Positions 49,661 through 59,453 of a stretch of 64,000 nucleotides of DNA are shown here, piece by piece; position 1 is the stretch's first letter; every line of letters starts with the position of its first letter. The position numbers were made by a program, and so were the translations under genes. Source of the DNA: Pseudomonadota bacterium (GTDB taxonomy: Bacteria; Desulfobacterota; Desulfobacteria; Desulfobacterales; RPRI01); the NCBI GenBank assembly GCA_043825875.1, contig JBDRRF010000035.1:17751-81750 (forward strand), given 5' to 3'. The notes under the pieces were generated by a model that saw only the letters and a list, made by a program, of their open reading frames with translations, was not told where the DNA came from and searched no databases.

Positions 49661-50716
49661 CTATTTTGATCTTTTTAAAATGTAGTCAACGAGTTTAAGA
49701 AGCATTTTTTGATACTCTGTATTTATCTGAAGGTTTGTAATTTGATTTTTTGCATTCTGTTCAAGTTGTCTTAATATTCGCTCGACATATTCGCGCACTC
49801 CTGTCGTTTCTATGGTTTCCCTTATAGTATTTATCTGTTCAGAGGTAAGTAGTCTATTATTAAACATGGGCCTAATAGTGTTTAATACTTCAACTCCGGC
49901 TATATCATGCAACCTCATATAATAAAGTGTCTTTTTTTCCTCAGATATATCAGAACAGATAGGTTTCCCTATTTCTTCATTACCAAAGAGGTCAAGTTCA
50001 TCATCTTTTATTTGAAACATTATCCCCAAAGTTTGGCCCAGTATATCAAGTTTTCTCATCTCTTCTTCCTCAATTCCGGCAAGCACACCTCCCAGAATAT
50101 AAGGCAAAGCAAAAGTATAACGGGCTGTTTTATAAGTATAGAGGTTCATTATTTCTTTTTCGGTAGGAATGTAATCGCTTGATGAAAAGTAGATATCCTG
50201 CATCTCTGCAAAACCGACAGATGAAAACTCATGGCATGCGAGATTAAATATATTATATTTTGTTTCCGGTTCTGCTTCAAGCTGTGATAATAGTTCAAAG
50301 GCGATAAAAAATCCGATATCGCCCGCACAGAGGCCAAGCTTTTTCCCGAAAAGGAGCGGTTCTTTTACTTTTTCTTTTTTCCCCAGCATCTCATACTGAT
50401 GGTGAACCGAAGGTTTTCCGCGTCTAAAAGAGTCTCTGTCTATTATATCGTCATGAATCAATATTGACGAATGCATTAATTCCAATGCCGCTGCAATCCT
50501 GTAGCAATCTTCGGCAATGGTATTTTTGTAAATTAAGTGAGTAAACGGTACGAGGGCTCCGCGTATATTTTTACCTCTTTGAGAAAATTCCCTTATCCGT
50601 TCACATACATCAGCACTCCAATTATTGATACCCTGAAATGCTATTTTCTTTTTGTTCAAAAAAGCGTCAATCGTACTTTGAATAATTGTTTTTTGTTCGC
50701 TTATGAAATTAATCAT
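49661..50716 (-). CDS. crtE: polyprenyl (geranylgeranyl) diphosphate synthase
   Basis: GKNIRG, IHDDIIDRDSFRRG, YKTARYT, FQIKDDELD; ATGA overlap with the crtB stop. Confidence 0.88.
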   Translation of the reverse strand: MINFISEQKTIIQSTIDAFLNKKKIAFQGINNWSADVCERIREFSQRGKNIRGALVPFTHLIYKNTIAEDCYRIAAALELMHSSILIHDDIIDRDSFRRGKPSVHHQYEMLGKKEKVKEPLLFGKKLGLCAGDIGFFIAFELLSQLEAEPETKYNIFNLACHEFSSVGFAEMQDIYFSSSDYIPTEKEIMNLYTYKTARYTFALPYILGGVLAGIEEEEMRKLDILGQTLGIMFQIKDDELDLFGNEEIGKPICSDISEEKKTLYYMRLHDIAGVEVLNTIRPMFNNRLLTSEQINTIRETIETTGVREYVERILRQLEQNAKNQITNLQINTEYQKMLLKLVDYILKRSK

Positions 50717-51546
50717 GATAACCTCTTTGTGTGAAAACAATTACTGATAATTGACCACAGTATTCGCGGCTTTGATGGTTTCGCTTTTTGGTCAAAGACA
50801 ATCATAGGGTTCTTTTCGATTTGTAACGCCGTCCAATTGTACATGTCGGAAGCGGTTTTAATGGGTATCAAATAGCGTCGGGGAATATACTTATATCCAG
50901 CCTCTGCTTCTATTTGCCATTCTTTGTATAATAAGAGGTTGGAGTGTATAAAATTGGCAAAGGATTTCGGTTTTAAAACTGCTTCTTCTTGTGTCAGTTC
51001 TTTCAATCCGGAATTACCAAGTGGCAGATATGTTCTTCCCAGATTAAGATCTTCATCGATATCGCGGATAAAGTTAATATATTGCATGGATCTTCCTTGC
51101 ATACGGGCGTTGTAATAAGATTTTTCAGGAAGTCCAAGCAGTGCGGATATGCACAAACCTATTACTTCGGCTGATCCGTAAATATATTGCAGTGTTTCAT
51201 CGAGGTTTTCATAATTATTTTTAGTCAAATCCATCTCCATGGATACAAGAAAAGAATCTATCCATTTGGGGTCTATGGGTTTTCGTTTAAGCAGATCAAT
51301 GAAATAACTGATAACAATATCATCTGTTTTTTTTCCTTCCAGAGCCTCTTTATATTCTTTCTTAAAAGCGAAAAAACCTTTTGCATCCTGTGGAATACAA
51401 TCAACTAAATCATCAGCCTTTCGCACAAACGCATACAAAATAAAGACATCTCTTCTAACATACGCAGGAAAAAAAATGCTGCTGTTAAAATAGGTTTTAC
51501 TGCCGCCTTTAAAAATTGCATAAATCTCAGAAGGTATATCCTTCAC
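50713..51546 (-). CDS. crtB: phytoene synthase
   Basis: GSKTYF, YAFVRKADDLVD, SMEMDL, YIYGSAEVIG, QYINFIRDIDED..LGR.YLP. Confidence 0.93.
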   Translation of the reverse strand: MKDIPSEIYAIFKGGSKTYFNSSIFFPAYVRRDVFILYAFVRKADDLVDCIPQDAKGFFAFKKEYKEALEGKKTDDIVISYFIDLLKRKPIDPKWIDSFLVSMEMDLTKNNYENLDETLQYIYGSAEVIGLCISALLGLPEKSYYNARMQGRSMQYINFIRDIDEDLNLGRTYLPLGNSGLKELTQEEAVLKPKSFANFIHSNLLLYKEWQIEAEAGYKYIPRRYLIPIKTASDMYNWTALQIEKNPMIVFDQKAKPSKPRILWSIISNCFHTKRLS

Positions 51547-53009
51547 TTTATATCCTCATTAATATGATCTGTTGTAATCTGCGATGCTATTACTACCATA
51601 GGCATCCCTATGCCAGGATGGGTATAGCATCCTGTATAATAAAGGTTAGCCACTTTGCCGCTTTTATGCGAAGGCCTGAAAACCGCTGTTTGAAAAAGGG
51701 TATGCGCAAGTCCCATAGAAGTTCCCCGATACATGTTAAATTTTGAGGAAAAATCACGATGGGATATTATTTTTTTGAACATGATGTTTTCGGTTATGCT
51801 TTCTCCGATTATTTCTTCCAGTTTTTTTATTATTGTATCGGCATATGACTCTCTTTTGGAATCATCCATACCCGGTGCTGTTGGAACAAGTATGAATATA
51901 TTTTCACTGCCAGGTGGAGCTGCGGATGGGTCGGTTTTAGACGGGCATCCAATATAAAAAGAAGGATTATGCGGCCATGCGGGTTTATTAAATATATCTA
52001 TAAAGTGTTCATCCCAGCCATCCGATAAATGAAGTGTATGATGTGCAAGCTTTCCCAGTTTTTTGTTAATTCCTAGAAGAATCAAAAAAGCAGTAGGTGC
52101 GATTACTTTTTTTCTCCAGTATCGATCAGGATATGTCTGATATTCAGGCGAAAGTAATTTTGTTTCGGTATGATGATAATCTGCGGCACTTAAAACTATA
52201 TCTGCAGAAATATCTTCTTTTTCAGAAACAACCCCGATAGCTTTGCCTTTGTGAATTTCAATTGATTTGATTTCGCTGTTAAATTTGAAATTAACTCCCA
52301 ATTCACCGCAAAGCCTGTAGAATGCCCCGATGAGTGAATAAATACCCCCCATTGGGTAACCTACACCGATTGTCATATCGGCATGAGTCATTAAAGAATA
52401 GAGAGCCGGTGTCTTTGCCGGTGAACAACCAAGAAATACCGTGTTGAATTCAACTATCTTGCGCAGATCACTGGTTTTAAAAAATTTTCTGACATATTTA
52501 TCAAGACTTTTTAAAAGATGAAGCTGCATTCCTTCAAAGATTAGCTTCCTGTTAATAAAATCGAATATAGTCTGATAGGCCCTGTATATAAAATCTTTCA
52601 TAGCTGTATTATACTTATATTCAGCTTCAGAAAGATAGTCCTTGAGCCTGGTTCCTGAACCCGGCTCCCGATTTTCGAAAACCGAGCAGTTGTGGTTGAG
52701 ATCCCTTGTGATATCGATAAGATCTCCCGGCCTGAAAATTATTCTATAAGAAGGGTCAAGCGGAACAATATTAACATATTCAGTTATTTCCCGGCCAAAT
52801 AAGCGGAAAAAGCCGGAAAAAACCTCGGGCATCAGAAACCACGTTGGGCCGGTATCAAAAACAAACCCCTTTTCTCTGATCTGACCGGCTACTCCGCCCG
52901 GATGTGAGTTTCTTTCTGCTATAGTGACATCGAAACCATTTTTGGCAAGCAGAGCAGCTGATGAAAGACCGCTAAGGCCTGCACCGATAACAACAACTTT
53001 TTTATTCAT
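51543..53009 (-). CDS. crtI: phytoene desaturase
   Basis: VIGAGLSGL, FDTGPTWFLMP, YPMGG, ADYHH, GLAHTLFQTAVFRP, THPGIGMPM. Confidence 0.93.
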   Translation of the reverse strand: MNKKVVVIGAGLSGLSSAALLAKNGFDVTIAERNSHPGGVAGQIREKGFVFDTGPTWFLMPEVFSGFFRLFGREITEYVNIVPLDPSYRIIFRPGDLIDITRDLNHNCSVFENREPGSGTRLKDYLSEAEYKYNTAMKDFIYRAYQTIFDFINRKLIFEGMQLHLLKSLDKYVRKFFKTSDLRKIVEFNTVFLGCSPAKTPALYSLMTHADMTIGVGYPMGGIYSLIGAFYRLCGELGVNFKFNSEIKSIEIHKGKAIGVVSEKEDISADIVLSAADYHHTETKLLSPEYQTYPDRYWRKKVIAPTAFLILLGINKKLGKLAHHTLHLSDGWDEHFIDIFNKPAWPHNPSFYIGCPSKTDPSAAPPGSENIFILVPTAPGMDDSKRESYADTIIKKLEEIIGESITENIMFKKIISHRDFSSKFNMYRGTSMGLAHTLFQTAVFRPSHKSGKVANLYYTGCYTHPGIGMPMVVIASQITTDHINEDIK

Positions 53010-53157
53010 AAAGAATTTTTTAAGTTATTTCTTTTTAACGGTTGCTATGATAGTTTTATTTTAAGAAAGGATTGTTATTTACAGATGATTATACTTGTTT
53101 ATATAACATCATATTCTATTTATTACAAGAATATATATTTAACATCATAATAAAATC

Positions 53158-53751
53158 ATGAAAAAGATATTGCAAATTCTTTTAGTATTTATTTTTTTGT
53201 CCTTCAATCAGGCCGATGCTTTAAATGTTCAAAATATATTGGAACAGAGTCCGATTATTACCATAAAGACAGATAGTGCTGGGGCATTTGAATCAGTTAT
53301 GGCAATAGCATTTATTAATGCTCCGTTTGATCTGGTATGGGATACCATCCTTGATGTCGGCAATTATAAAAATTATATGGATAGAGTAGTAAAAGTTTCC
53401 GTAATCAGCAAAGATGAAGCAAAAGGGGAACTGGTTGCTTCTTTTGAAATTGAAGTACCTATAAATAATACTGAATATACATTGAAAAATTTGTACAATA
53501 AAGATGAAAAGGTCATTAATGTTTATCAGATCAAAGGAGATCTTGCCGGCAGTAATTGGCAATGGAGATTTGAAAGCAAGGGAAATACAACAATCGTATA
53601 CTATACCGCACAAATGATGAATTTTTCTTATCTTCTTCAAAAATTTGAAGATGAAAATAAAACAATATCCATGGGAATCAATATTTCTTCTGCTCTTGAA
53701 ACTATTAAACTCATAAAACAAAGGGCGGAATATTTATTTCAGATGAAATAA
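53158..53751 (+). CDS. exported SRPBCC/START (Coq10/cyclase-like) lipid-binding protein
   Basis: Signal peptide; INAPFDLVWDTILDVGNYKNYM, GDL...W.F pattern. Confidence 0.7.
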   Translation: MKKILQILLVFIFLSFNQADALNVQNILEQSPIITIKTDSAGAFESVMAIAFINAPFDLVWDTILDVGNYKNYMDRVVKVSVISKDEAKGELVASFEIEVPINNTEYTLKNLYNKDEKVINVYQIKGDLAGSNWQWRFESKGNTTIVYYTAQMMNFSYLLQKFEDENKTISMGINISSALETIKLIKQRAEYLFQMK

Positions 53752-53833
53752 AATACGGGTTGGAATAAATTGGGGCATAGAATATTTAAATTATCCGTTA
53801 TGCCCCTTAAATATTATTTTATATGTGCCGGTT

Positions 53834-54145
53834 TTAGCCCGGAATGGAAACAGGGCTTGCTTTGCCTATGTATTCCATTGTTTGCTCAAATTTGGACCGC
53901 ATATCTACGGTCCCTTTATCCATATCGCTCTTATAAGGACTCCATTCCGAGGGGCATTCAGTTTTAAGCTTTTCGATTTTTACTTCCATATCGGAAACAA
54001 TTATTTTAAGGTCATTTATGTTTTCAAAGACTTTACCCTTGTCAGCAGTACCCAGCTTGTCAGCTTTAATAATTGCATCGTAAATTTTTGCCTTCCATCC
54101 TATAAGCTCAATCTCCATTCCTGAACAATAATCTTGGACTCTCAT
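53834..54145 (-). CDS. conserved hypothetical helical protein
   Basis: DYC..MEIELIGWKAK.YD...L..ECPSEWSP; AGGAGG RBS. Confidence 0.75.
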   Translation of the reverse strand: MRVQDYCSGMEIELIGWKAKIYDAIIKADKLGTADKGKVFENINDLKIIVSDMEVKIEKLKTECPSEWSPYKSDMDKGTVDMRSKFEQTMEYIGKASPVSIPG

Positions 54146-54267
54146 TTTATCCTCCTTTTCATGGTTTAATGTGCCATTAAAAATAATTAGGAACGAGCCA
54201 ATAAATATTATTACTGTATTAGGCTATTTATATTATAATAGTGACTAAATTGATGTGGTCAACTAAA

Positions 54268-54418
54268 AAATTGGTCCCGGTTAATTTGCTTGAACCGCAA
54301 TAGCGAGTTCATTCCCTGTTGCTTGCAACGGGGTTGCACAAGCGAATTTAATATTGTTTCAAAATCTTCAATTGTATGATTTTAATTCATACTTATAAAA
54401 AAGGGGTCAGATTTATTT
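54268..54418. repeat. cluster of short REP-like/palindromic motifs
   Basis: AAATTGGTCCCGGTTAATTT (54268), hairpin CCCTGTTGC-TT-GCAACGGGG (54314-54333), AAAAAAGGGGTCAGATTTATTT (54397-54418). Confidence 0.45.
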
Positions 54419-54552
54419 GCAATAATAATTAATCAGGTGAACACAATTTATTGTCAAAAAGCTTTCAATAAATTATATATATAATGAACTCTCAAAATAA
54501 TTTGCTGCTGTCTGCTCAAAGCATCTATCTGAAATAACCAAAAAAAGGAATT

Positions 54553-54975
54553 ATGGAAATTACATTAACTACACCGGCATTACTATTTCCGGCAATTTCA
54601 CTTTTGCTGGTTGCATATACGAATCGTTTCAATACTATTGGTGCACGTATTCGAGCTTTACATTCTCAATATAAAGAAAACCATGATTGCATTTTGGCTG
54701 GCCAGATTGAAAGTTTGAGAACACGTTTATATCTAATCAAAAAAATGCAGGCATTTGGTGTTGCGAGCCTTTTTTTATGTGTTTTATGTATATTTATTCT
54801 GTTTGCAGGTAAATCGCTTATAGGAGAAATATTATTTTGTATCAGCTTAATCCTTATGATGATTTCATTGTTTTTCTCTTTTAAGGAAATATTACTATCA
54901 GCAAACGCATTGAATCTTGAGCTAAGTGATATGCAAAAAGATAATAATAAAGACGCATGTAAATATAATGACTAA
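54553..54975 (+). CDS. DUF2721 domain membrane protein
   Basis: LTTPALLFPAISLLLVAYTNRF N-terminus; 3 TM helices. Confidence 0.85.
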   Translation: MEITLTTPALLFPAISLLLVAYTNRFNTIGARIRALHSQYKENHDCILAGQIESLRTRLYLIKKMQAFGVASLFLCVLCIFILFAGKSLIGEILFCISLILMMISLFFSFKEILLSANALNLELSDMQKDNNKDACKYND

Positions 54976-54992
54976 AGGTATTAGATAAATAA

Positions 54993-56798
54993 ATGGTTAA
55001 AAATCATAATAAACTAAATCCCGGAAAGCTTCCGAAACAAAAATCCATGGAGATTAAAGCTCCTGCCGATGCGGTCATGCTTGGAGAATTGCCCGCAACT
55101 GCCATTTGCGGAAATGACATCAGTTCATCCTGCTTATATGTTTCTGCTTTATCAATAGTATATGCAGGAAAATATGCATGGATTTCTCTTTTGATAGTTG
55201 CAGGAGTATTGTATTTCTATCGAAAAATATATGGTGAGGTTGTAGGAGCCCTGCCTCTAAACGGTGGCGCATATAATGCACTGCTTAACACAACAAGTAA
55301 ATCGGTTGCTTCCCTTGCCGCTGCTTTGACTCTTCTTTCTTATATGGCCACAGCAGTCATTTCAGCCAGTGAAGCAATGCATTATGTGTATGCACTATGG
55401 TATGGCTTGCCGGTTATGGAAGCAACTATAGTATTACTATTATTTTTCATGATTTTAACAATAATCGGAATCGGAGAATCTTCCAGAGTTGCAGTAGTAA
55501 TATTTATCACGCATCTGACCTGTCTGACCGTTCTGGTTATCGCAGGCAGTGTATACATAAAATCGCATGGATTTGGTGTTCTTGAGTCCAATTATAGTAT
55601 CCCGGTTGAGGGCGGATTTGCTATGGCTTTATTCTTTGGATTTTCTGCCGCTATGCTGGGTATTTCCGGATTTGAAAGTTCAGCTAATTATGTGGAAGAA
55701 CAGGCTCCGGGTGTTTTTCCGAAAACACTGCGTAATATGTGGATTGTAGTCAGCATTTTTAATCCCTTAACGGCTTTTCTTGCACTTGCTATTGTGCCGA
55801 TTCCTGAAGTTGTTACAAATCAGGAAGCATTACTTGCTCATATGGGTGGTATTTCCGGCGGGTATTGGCTTTCGTGGGTCATTTCCATAGATGCAGCGCT
55901 TGTTTTAAGCGGAGCAGTACTAACGTCTTTTATAGGTGTTGGCGGATTGATGCAGCGAATGACGCTTGATAGGACTCTGCCGCAGTTTTTACTCAAACTG
56001 AATAAAAGAAATTCTCCTTATCGAATTATGATTGCGTTTTTTATTCTTTGCGTCTCAATTCTGTTGATCACAAAGGGGAAACTAAGTGCGCTTGCCGGTG
56101 TTTATACGATTTCATTTTTATCAGTAATGGCATTATTCGGTATCGGAAATATCTTACTCAAAGTAAAACGTGCCCGTTTGCCCCGCCCCGAAAAAGCAGG
56201 TGCTGTCGCTCTTTTTATAGCTATCACGGCAGTTCTTGCAGCACTAGTTGGAAATGCCATTATGAATCCACCTTATCTTGCTGTGTTTCTGGAATATTTT
56301 CTGCCAACCATGGGTATCGTTGCAATAATGCTATACCGAACAACAATTCTTAAGGGCTTGCTTTCTTTGTTTAAACACATTTCAGATAAAATTCAAAAAG
56401 CAGTTTCTCTTGGAAATGCAACTTTGCTCAAGATGATAAACGATATCAATGCCCAGGAATTTGTATTTTTTACCAAAGACGATAATGTGGCTATTCTAAA
56501 TAAGGTAATGATTTATGTCAGCCAGAATGAACAAACGCGCAAACTAAAAATAGTTACTGTTTTACCTGAAGACGGTGCTCTGACACCGGGTCTTGAAAGA
56601 GATTTGGAGGTTCTTGACCGGGCTTATCCTGATATCAAAATCGATTTTGTAAAACTGTATGGCCAATTTGGTCCTGAAATAATAAAAAACCTTTCAAAGA
56701 AATGGCATATCCCCCCCAATTTTATGTTTATCGGTTCTCCTGGCGATCATTTTCCGTATAAAATTGCAGAGCTTGGAGGGGTACGGTTAATTATTTAA
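54993..56798 (+). CDS. APC-superfamily permease with cytoplasmic C-terminal domain
   Basis: ATAICGNDISSSCLY, LPLNGGAY, LGISGFESSAN; about 12 TM helices. Confidence 0.88.
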   Translation: MVKNHNKLNPGKLPKQKSMEIKAPADAVMLGELPATAICGNDISSSCLYVSALSIVYAGKYAWISLLIVAGVLYFYRKIYGEVVGALPLNGGAYNALLNTTSKSVASLAAALTLLSYMATAVISASEAMHYVYALWYGLPVMEATIVLLLFFMILTIIGIGESSRVAVVIFITHLTCLTVLVIAGSVYIKSHGFGVLESNYSIPVEGGFAMALFFGFSAAMLGISGFESSANYVEEQAPGVFPKTLRNMWIVVSIFNPLTAFLALAIVPIPEVVTNQEALLAHMGGISGGYWLSWVISIDAALVLSGAVLTSFIGVGGLMQRMTLDRTLPQFLLKLNKRNSPYRIMIAFFILCVSILLITKGKLSALAGVYTISFLSVMALFGIGNILLKVKRARLPRPEKAGAVALFIAITAVLAALVGNAIMNPPYLAVFLEYFLPTMGIVAIMLYRTTILKGLLSLFKHISDKIQKAVSLGNATLLKMINDINAQEFVFFTKDDNVAILNKVMIYVSQNEQTRKLKIVTVLPEDGALTPGLERDLEVLDRAYPDIKIDFVKLYGQFGPEIIKNLSKKWHIPPNFMFIGSPGDHFPYKIAELGGVRLII

Positions 56799-56839
56799 CA
56801 ATAATACCCGATTATTCAAAATAATAAAGGAGAATAACG

Positions 56840-58411
56840 ATGGGGCTATTCAGGAAAAACCGGCTAAGGGGCTATAAAACAGGAACAGCAATATCGATAA
56901 TAGGTATGGTAATGTGTTTTACGGTTATTGCTTTTGCCGATGTAAACGAAGATTTGGAAAAAGCAATAGGAGGTGGTGACTTGCCTGAGGTAAAACGGCT
57001 TATCTCAAAAAAAGCCGATGTAAATGCAAAAGGCAAAGACGGTAGCACAATGCTGATGCAGGCTTCCCTGGCCGGCAACTATGAGATTGTTCAGGAACTG
57101 CTTACAAATGGTGCTAAGGTTAATACAAAGAATAAAGATGGCTGGACCGCATTGCTGCATGCTTCTTTGTGGGGCCACAGCAAGATAGTAAAGATGCTGC
57201 TGGCAAAGGGCGCGGATGTCAATGCCGTAAGCAATGACGGCAACACCTCTTTGATGTTTGCATCACAGTACGGTTTTTTTGAAGTTGTGCAGGAGTTATT
57301 GAAACAAGGTGCCAAAGTAAATGCAAAGGATAAAGTTGAAGGTACTGCATTAATGTATGCTTTAATAAATGGTTCCAGTAAGATAGTGCAAGAGTTATTA
57401 AAACAGGGTGTTGAGATAAATGCCAGGGAAAAATCCGGTAATACTGCATTGATGTACGCTTCTCATAAAGGCCAACGAAATATTGTACAGGATCTGCTGG
57501 CAAAAGATGCTGATGTAAATATCAAGAACGATGTGGGTAGTACGGCAATTTTGGTTGCCGCTTCGATGGGTCATTTTGATATTATGCAGGATCTGATTGC
57601 AAAAGGTGCTGATATCAAGGATAAGGATAAAGATGGCAAAACAGCATTGATATATGCTTCACAGAAGGGATACAATGAGATTGTGCATGAGTTGATGGCA
57701 AAGGGTGTCAATGTTAATGATAAGGACAAAGGTGGCGATACTCCATTGATATATGCTTCAGAGAAGGGGCACCTTGAAATCGTACAGGATCTTTTAACAA
57801 AGGGCGCTGATGTTAATGCTGGAAATGATAGCGGTTTGACTGCGCTTATGACTGCTTCTTTAAATGGTCATAGCAAAATTGTGAAAATTCTTCTGCTAAA
57901 AGATGCTGATGTCAATGCCAGGTTTCATAATGGCAGAACTCCATTGATATATGCTTCAGAGAAAGGACACCTTGAAATTGTACGGCAGTTGTTGACAAAA
58001 GAACCTGATATCAATGCCAGAGACGAGGAAGGATGGTCTGCTTTTATGTTTGCTTCTTCAAATGGCCATCATGGTATTGTACATGAACTGTTGCTCAAAG
58101 GTGCAAAGCTCAATGATAGGGATAAAGAAGATATTACTGCATTGATGGCAGCTTCTTTTGAGGGTCACCTTGAGATTGTGCAGGAACTGCTGGGAAAAGG
58201 CGCTGAAATTAATGCCAGGGATAAAGAAGGTCTGACCGCGCTGATGGCTGCCTCCTGGAGTGGCCATCTTAAGGTAGTCAAGGAACTGCTTGCAAAGGGT
58301 GCCGATATCTATGCTAAAGATAATAATAATATGACTGCTGTAATGATTGCCTCCAAAAATAACCACCCGGATATTAAAGAATTGCTTATTAAAGCCGGTG
58401 CAAAGCTTTAG
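56840..58411 (+). CDS. exported ankyrin-repeat protein (about 14-15 repeats)
   Basis: Signal-peptide-like N-terminus then 33-aa periodic G.TAL..AS..GH..IV..LL.KGADVN units. Confidence 0.95.
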   Translation: MGLFRKNRLRGYKTGTAISIIGMVMCFTVIAFADVNEDLEKAIGGGDLPEVKRLISKKADVNAKGKDGSTMLMQASLAGNYEIVQELLTNGAKVNTKNKDGWTALLHASLWGHSKIVKMLLAKGADVNAVSNDGNTSLMFASQYGFFEVVQELLKQGAKVNAKDKVEGTALMYALINGSSKIVQELLKQGVEINAREKSGNTALMYASHKGQRNIVQDLLAKDADVNIKNDVGSTAILVAASMGHFDIMQDLIAKGADIKDKDKDGKTALIYASQKGYNEIVHELMAKGVNVNDKDKGGDTPLIYASEKGHLEIVQDLLTKGADVNAGNDSGLTALMTASLNGHSKIVKILLLKDADVNARFHNGRTPLIYASEKGHLEIVRQLLTKEPDINARDEEGWSAFMFASSNGHHGIVHELLLKGAKLNDRDKEDITALMAASFEGHLEIVQELLGKGAEINARDKEGLTALMAASWSGHLKVVKELLAKGADIYAKDNNNMTAVMIASKNNHPDIKELLIKAGAKL

Positions 58412-58434
58412 CTGTAAAATTGGAAAATAGATAT

Positions 58435-58851
58435 ATGACCGAAACCAGCTATATGGTCGAACCTATTGGCTTTATACAATCTAACCTTACCACCCGCAAG
58501 GATGCGCCTCACCAGGCTACAGAAGGTGGACCAGATGCATGGATAGAAGTAAATTCAATGTTTGCAGAAGGACTTGAAGGCATTGCTGCCGGCAGTGAAA
58601 TTATTGTGATTACCTGGCTTCACAAAACAAATCGCAATATATTTAAACTGCACCCTCGCGGGAATAGAAGTATGCCTTTAACCGGTGTCTTTAATACACG
58701 GTCTCCGGATAGGCCAAATCCGATAGGTCTGCACAGGGTAAAAGTTCTTGAAATCTCAGGCAACAGATTAAAAGTGGGGCCAATAGAAGCAATAGACAAA
58801 ACGCCTGTAATCGATATCAAGCCGGTACTTTCCAAATCAACAGACTCATAG
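58435..58851 (+). CDS. tsaA: tRNA (N6-threonylcarbamoyladenosine(37)-N6)-methyltransferase TsaA/TrmO family
   Basis: PIGFIQS, GVFNTRSPDRPNPIGL, TPVIDIKP. Confidence 0.9.
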   Translation: MTETSYMVEPIGFIQSNLTTRKDAPHQATEGGPDAWIEVNSMFAEGLEGIAAGSEIIVITWLHKTNRNIFKLHPRGNRSMPLTGVFNTRSPDRPNPIGLHRVKVLEISGNRLKVGPIEAIDKTPVIDIKPVLSKSTDS

Positions 58852-58871
58852 CGTTTAATCCTGTAGCATAT

Positions 58872-59441
58872 TTAACGAAAAAAGGGATTCATAGTACGCT
58901 CTTTTCCTATAGTACTATGGGGCCCATGTCCCGGATAGACTCTGAGTTCGTCTCCAAGCGTAAGTATCTTTTGTTTAATCCCCTGTATAAGAAGATTATG
59001 GTCGCCGCCCTCAAAGTCGGTCCGGCCGACTCCCCTGGCAAAAAGAGCATCTCCGGTAAAAACCGCACCCGGTGCATGAAAACAAACTCCACCCGGAGAA
59101 TGCCCTGGTACATGGATTACTTTTAAATTAAAATTGCCAAGCGGTATGCTCTGACCATCGGCAACATAGCCATCCGGTTTAAAGTTTAAACCACCTGCGT
59201 CGAGTTCATGTATCAATACGGGTACTTTTATGATGTTTTTTAATTCCTGAGCAGCGTTGGTATGGTCAAAATGAAAATGTGTAAGAAGAATGTAGCGAAT
59301 ATTAAGACCTAATTTAGTAACTTCTTTTACAATCCTTAATGCTTCTTCTCCAGCATCGATAATCGCACCCAGCTTTGTTTTGTCACAACCCAATATATAG
59401 CTATTTGACATATAAGGTTTAATCACAAGTTTTCTAAGCAT
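58872..59441 (-). CDS. MBL-fold metallohydrolase (glyoxalase II/YcbL-like)
   Basis: THFHFDH, PGHSPG, FTGDALF..GVGRTD, YPGHG. Confidence 0.9.
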   Translation of the reverse strand: MLRKLVIKPYMSNSYILGCDKTKLGAIIDAGEEALRIVKEVTKLGLNIRYILLTHFHFDHTNAAQELKNIIKVPVLIHELDAGGLNFKPDGYVADGQSIPLGNFNLKVIHVPGHSPGGVCFHAPGAVFTGDALFARGVGRTDFEGGDHNLLIQGIKQKILTLGDELRVYPGHGPHSTIGKERTMNPFFR

Positions 59442-59453
59442 TGTCTTCCATCC

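Noticed and set aside
56840..58411. Periodic DNA repeats as a CRISPR array
   Set aside because: 99-nt in-frame coding periodicity of ankyrin repeats; no spacers or cas genes anywhere in the window.
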